A stretch of 64,000 nucleotides of DNA from Marsupella aquatica. Lineage: Eukaryota; Plantae; Marchantiophyta. This document shows positions 62,630-64,000 of this stretch, one piece after another. A program made the translations under genes and the position numbers. Under the pieces are notes generated by a model, which saw only the letters and a program-made list of their open reading frames with translations, did not search any database and had not been told where the DNA came from. Numbering within the stretch: the stretch's first letter is position 1; each line of letters begins with the position of its first letter. The stretch lies in NCBI GenBank assembly GCA_973895155.1, contig OZ316896.1:2294001-2358000 (forward strand), written 5' to 3'.

Positions 62630-64000
62630 CTAATCTCTAAGATAAGGACTATTTTGGGCAAATAGTCTACAATCCGGGAATGTCCGAACCATCTTCAAAC
62701 TCCAAAAGGCACACTCTTGCCTTTTCTTCACCTCGGTGGACATCATATCACGGACCATTGCTTCCAATTTAGGACCATGCTCCAAGGTATTCCAACCCCT
62801 ACCCAACCACCGTGTCCTCATGGACGCTCCATCCCAATTCTCTAAAAAGAGACTCTCAAAAATGTTGCCCAAAGCATATATATCAGTGGCAGCACTATAC
62901 TCTACTGGGGTGGGCGAAATAAGCTCTGGAGCTAATTGAGGATATTGTTTTTGATAAGCTACAACTTTATCTGTAGGAGTAGACCACATTTGATTCTCTG
63001 GTAGTCTGCACTGTGACTTATGTTTGGACAAGCCAAAATCGCATAAGCCAACATACACCTTGATGGCTACATCATCTTCATACTCAAAATGTAGAAGAAC
63101 GTTTCCAAAGTGAAGATCACAATGGAATCGGTTGTGATCATGCAAATATTGTAACGTCTCAAGCAGCGCCAACGCAATTCCCAATCGGTTCTCCAGAAAA
63201 AGTTTCTTTTCAGAAACAAACTTGAAATCAATGTTGGAGGAACCTTGTGATTTCCCTTTGTTCTTTGATCACAATTCACATCTATCTATGAAGCTTCCCA
63301 AATCACCTCCGTTGTAGTGATCATACACAAGTCTTGGTGGATCATCAATCCTCATTGCCAAAGCCCCAACAATTCCCTTGTGATTTAGTCCTCCCATAAG
63401 CATTTCTTGTAATGCATCTGTCCTCCTCTTATGCTTATCTCCTTTTTTGAATCTTTTTGCCACTAGTGTGACATTCTTCGGAATAAGAGGGCAATCTAAT
63501 ACGTGACAAGTGTACACCTCCCCTTGCACATCTATCCCGATGGAATGAGCATTTTGCACCTGCTCAGGCTTCAAGAAATGGATACTCCTCACATCCGGAA
63601 GTACACGTGATGGACGTGTTCCTTTTCCATCGTTTCTGATATTCACATCCCCAAATTGCATCACCTTGTTTACATATTTGACGTTGCTTTCAGCTTTTGC
63701 CATTGCCAACTCTTTACTCCAAGTTGATAACAAGTCCCTCTTGTGCTTAAACATCCTAGGATTTCCAAGCATTGTAGTATCATCCATGTTTAATTTGGCC
63801 ACCATCAAATCCCAAATATTGATCTCCAAATTAACAGCCAAGTTGTCAATGAATCCTCCTACTTTCTCACACTCAAGTACAAATGCATCCTTCTGCTCCC
63901 GTGTGATAGTGTCTTCATCCTCTACACTTTCACGCAAATAACAAGTCATCTCGTTCACAAACTTCTTGTATCCTTTTAGACCGTGCCTTGTAAAATCCAT
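62630..64000 (-). pseudogene. Protein kinase (Ser/Thr or TKL-like), one premature stop; 5' end may lie outside the window
   Basis: GEVY, VAKRF, LNHKGIV, YNGGDL, HCDLHFGNVLL, CDFGLSK, APE and DIYALG; ORFs 63269-64000 and 62630-63184 are in the same frame, separated by one TGA. Confidence 0.85.

Overview
Eukaryotic (land-plant-like, probably bryophyte-type; inferred) heterochromatic DNA made almost entirely of nested transposable elements; no intact host gene was recognised. From left to right: (1) 0.6-9.2 kb, a decayed DNA transposon with a Sola1-like DDD transposase on the - strand. It is convergent with a spliced + strand gene that appears to fuse a ParB/Srx-like domain, a bacterial-type beta-class N6A/N4C DNA methyltransferase and a Ulp1 (C48) protease. 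Two introns of this gene hold arrays of the same ~43-bp palindrome at ~90-bp spacing. This is the most novel-looking system in the window. (2) LTR-retroelement remnants, including a gag and two related large coiled-coil ORFs; one of these ORFs lies inside a 3.7-kb TG..CA solo-LTR-like unit with a 5-bp TSD. (3) Three copies of a ~300-bp MITE with 8-bp TSDs, and a hAT transposase pseudogene. (4) A 33.35-kb CACTA element (26559-59908, TSD TGG) that splits a RING-H2 gene and carries a second, inverted, related CACTA (42846-59638, TSD TAG). Both CACTAs carry the same cargo: a Cys-rich ORF, an EDM2-like PHD module and a tandem-BRCT ORF. The outer one also has an F-box-like ORF and the inner one a captured RPL18a exon. 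(5) A protein kinase pseudogene and an unknown ORF at the right end. Domain calls come from motif recognition by eye, not from database searches.
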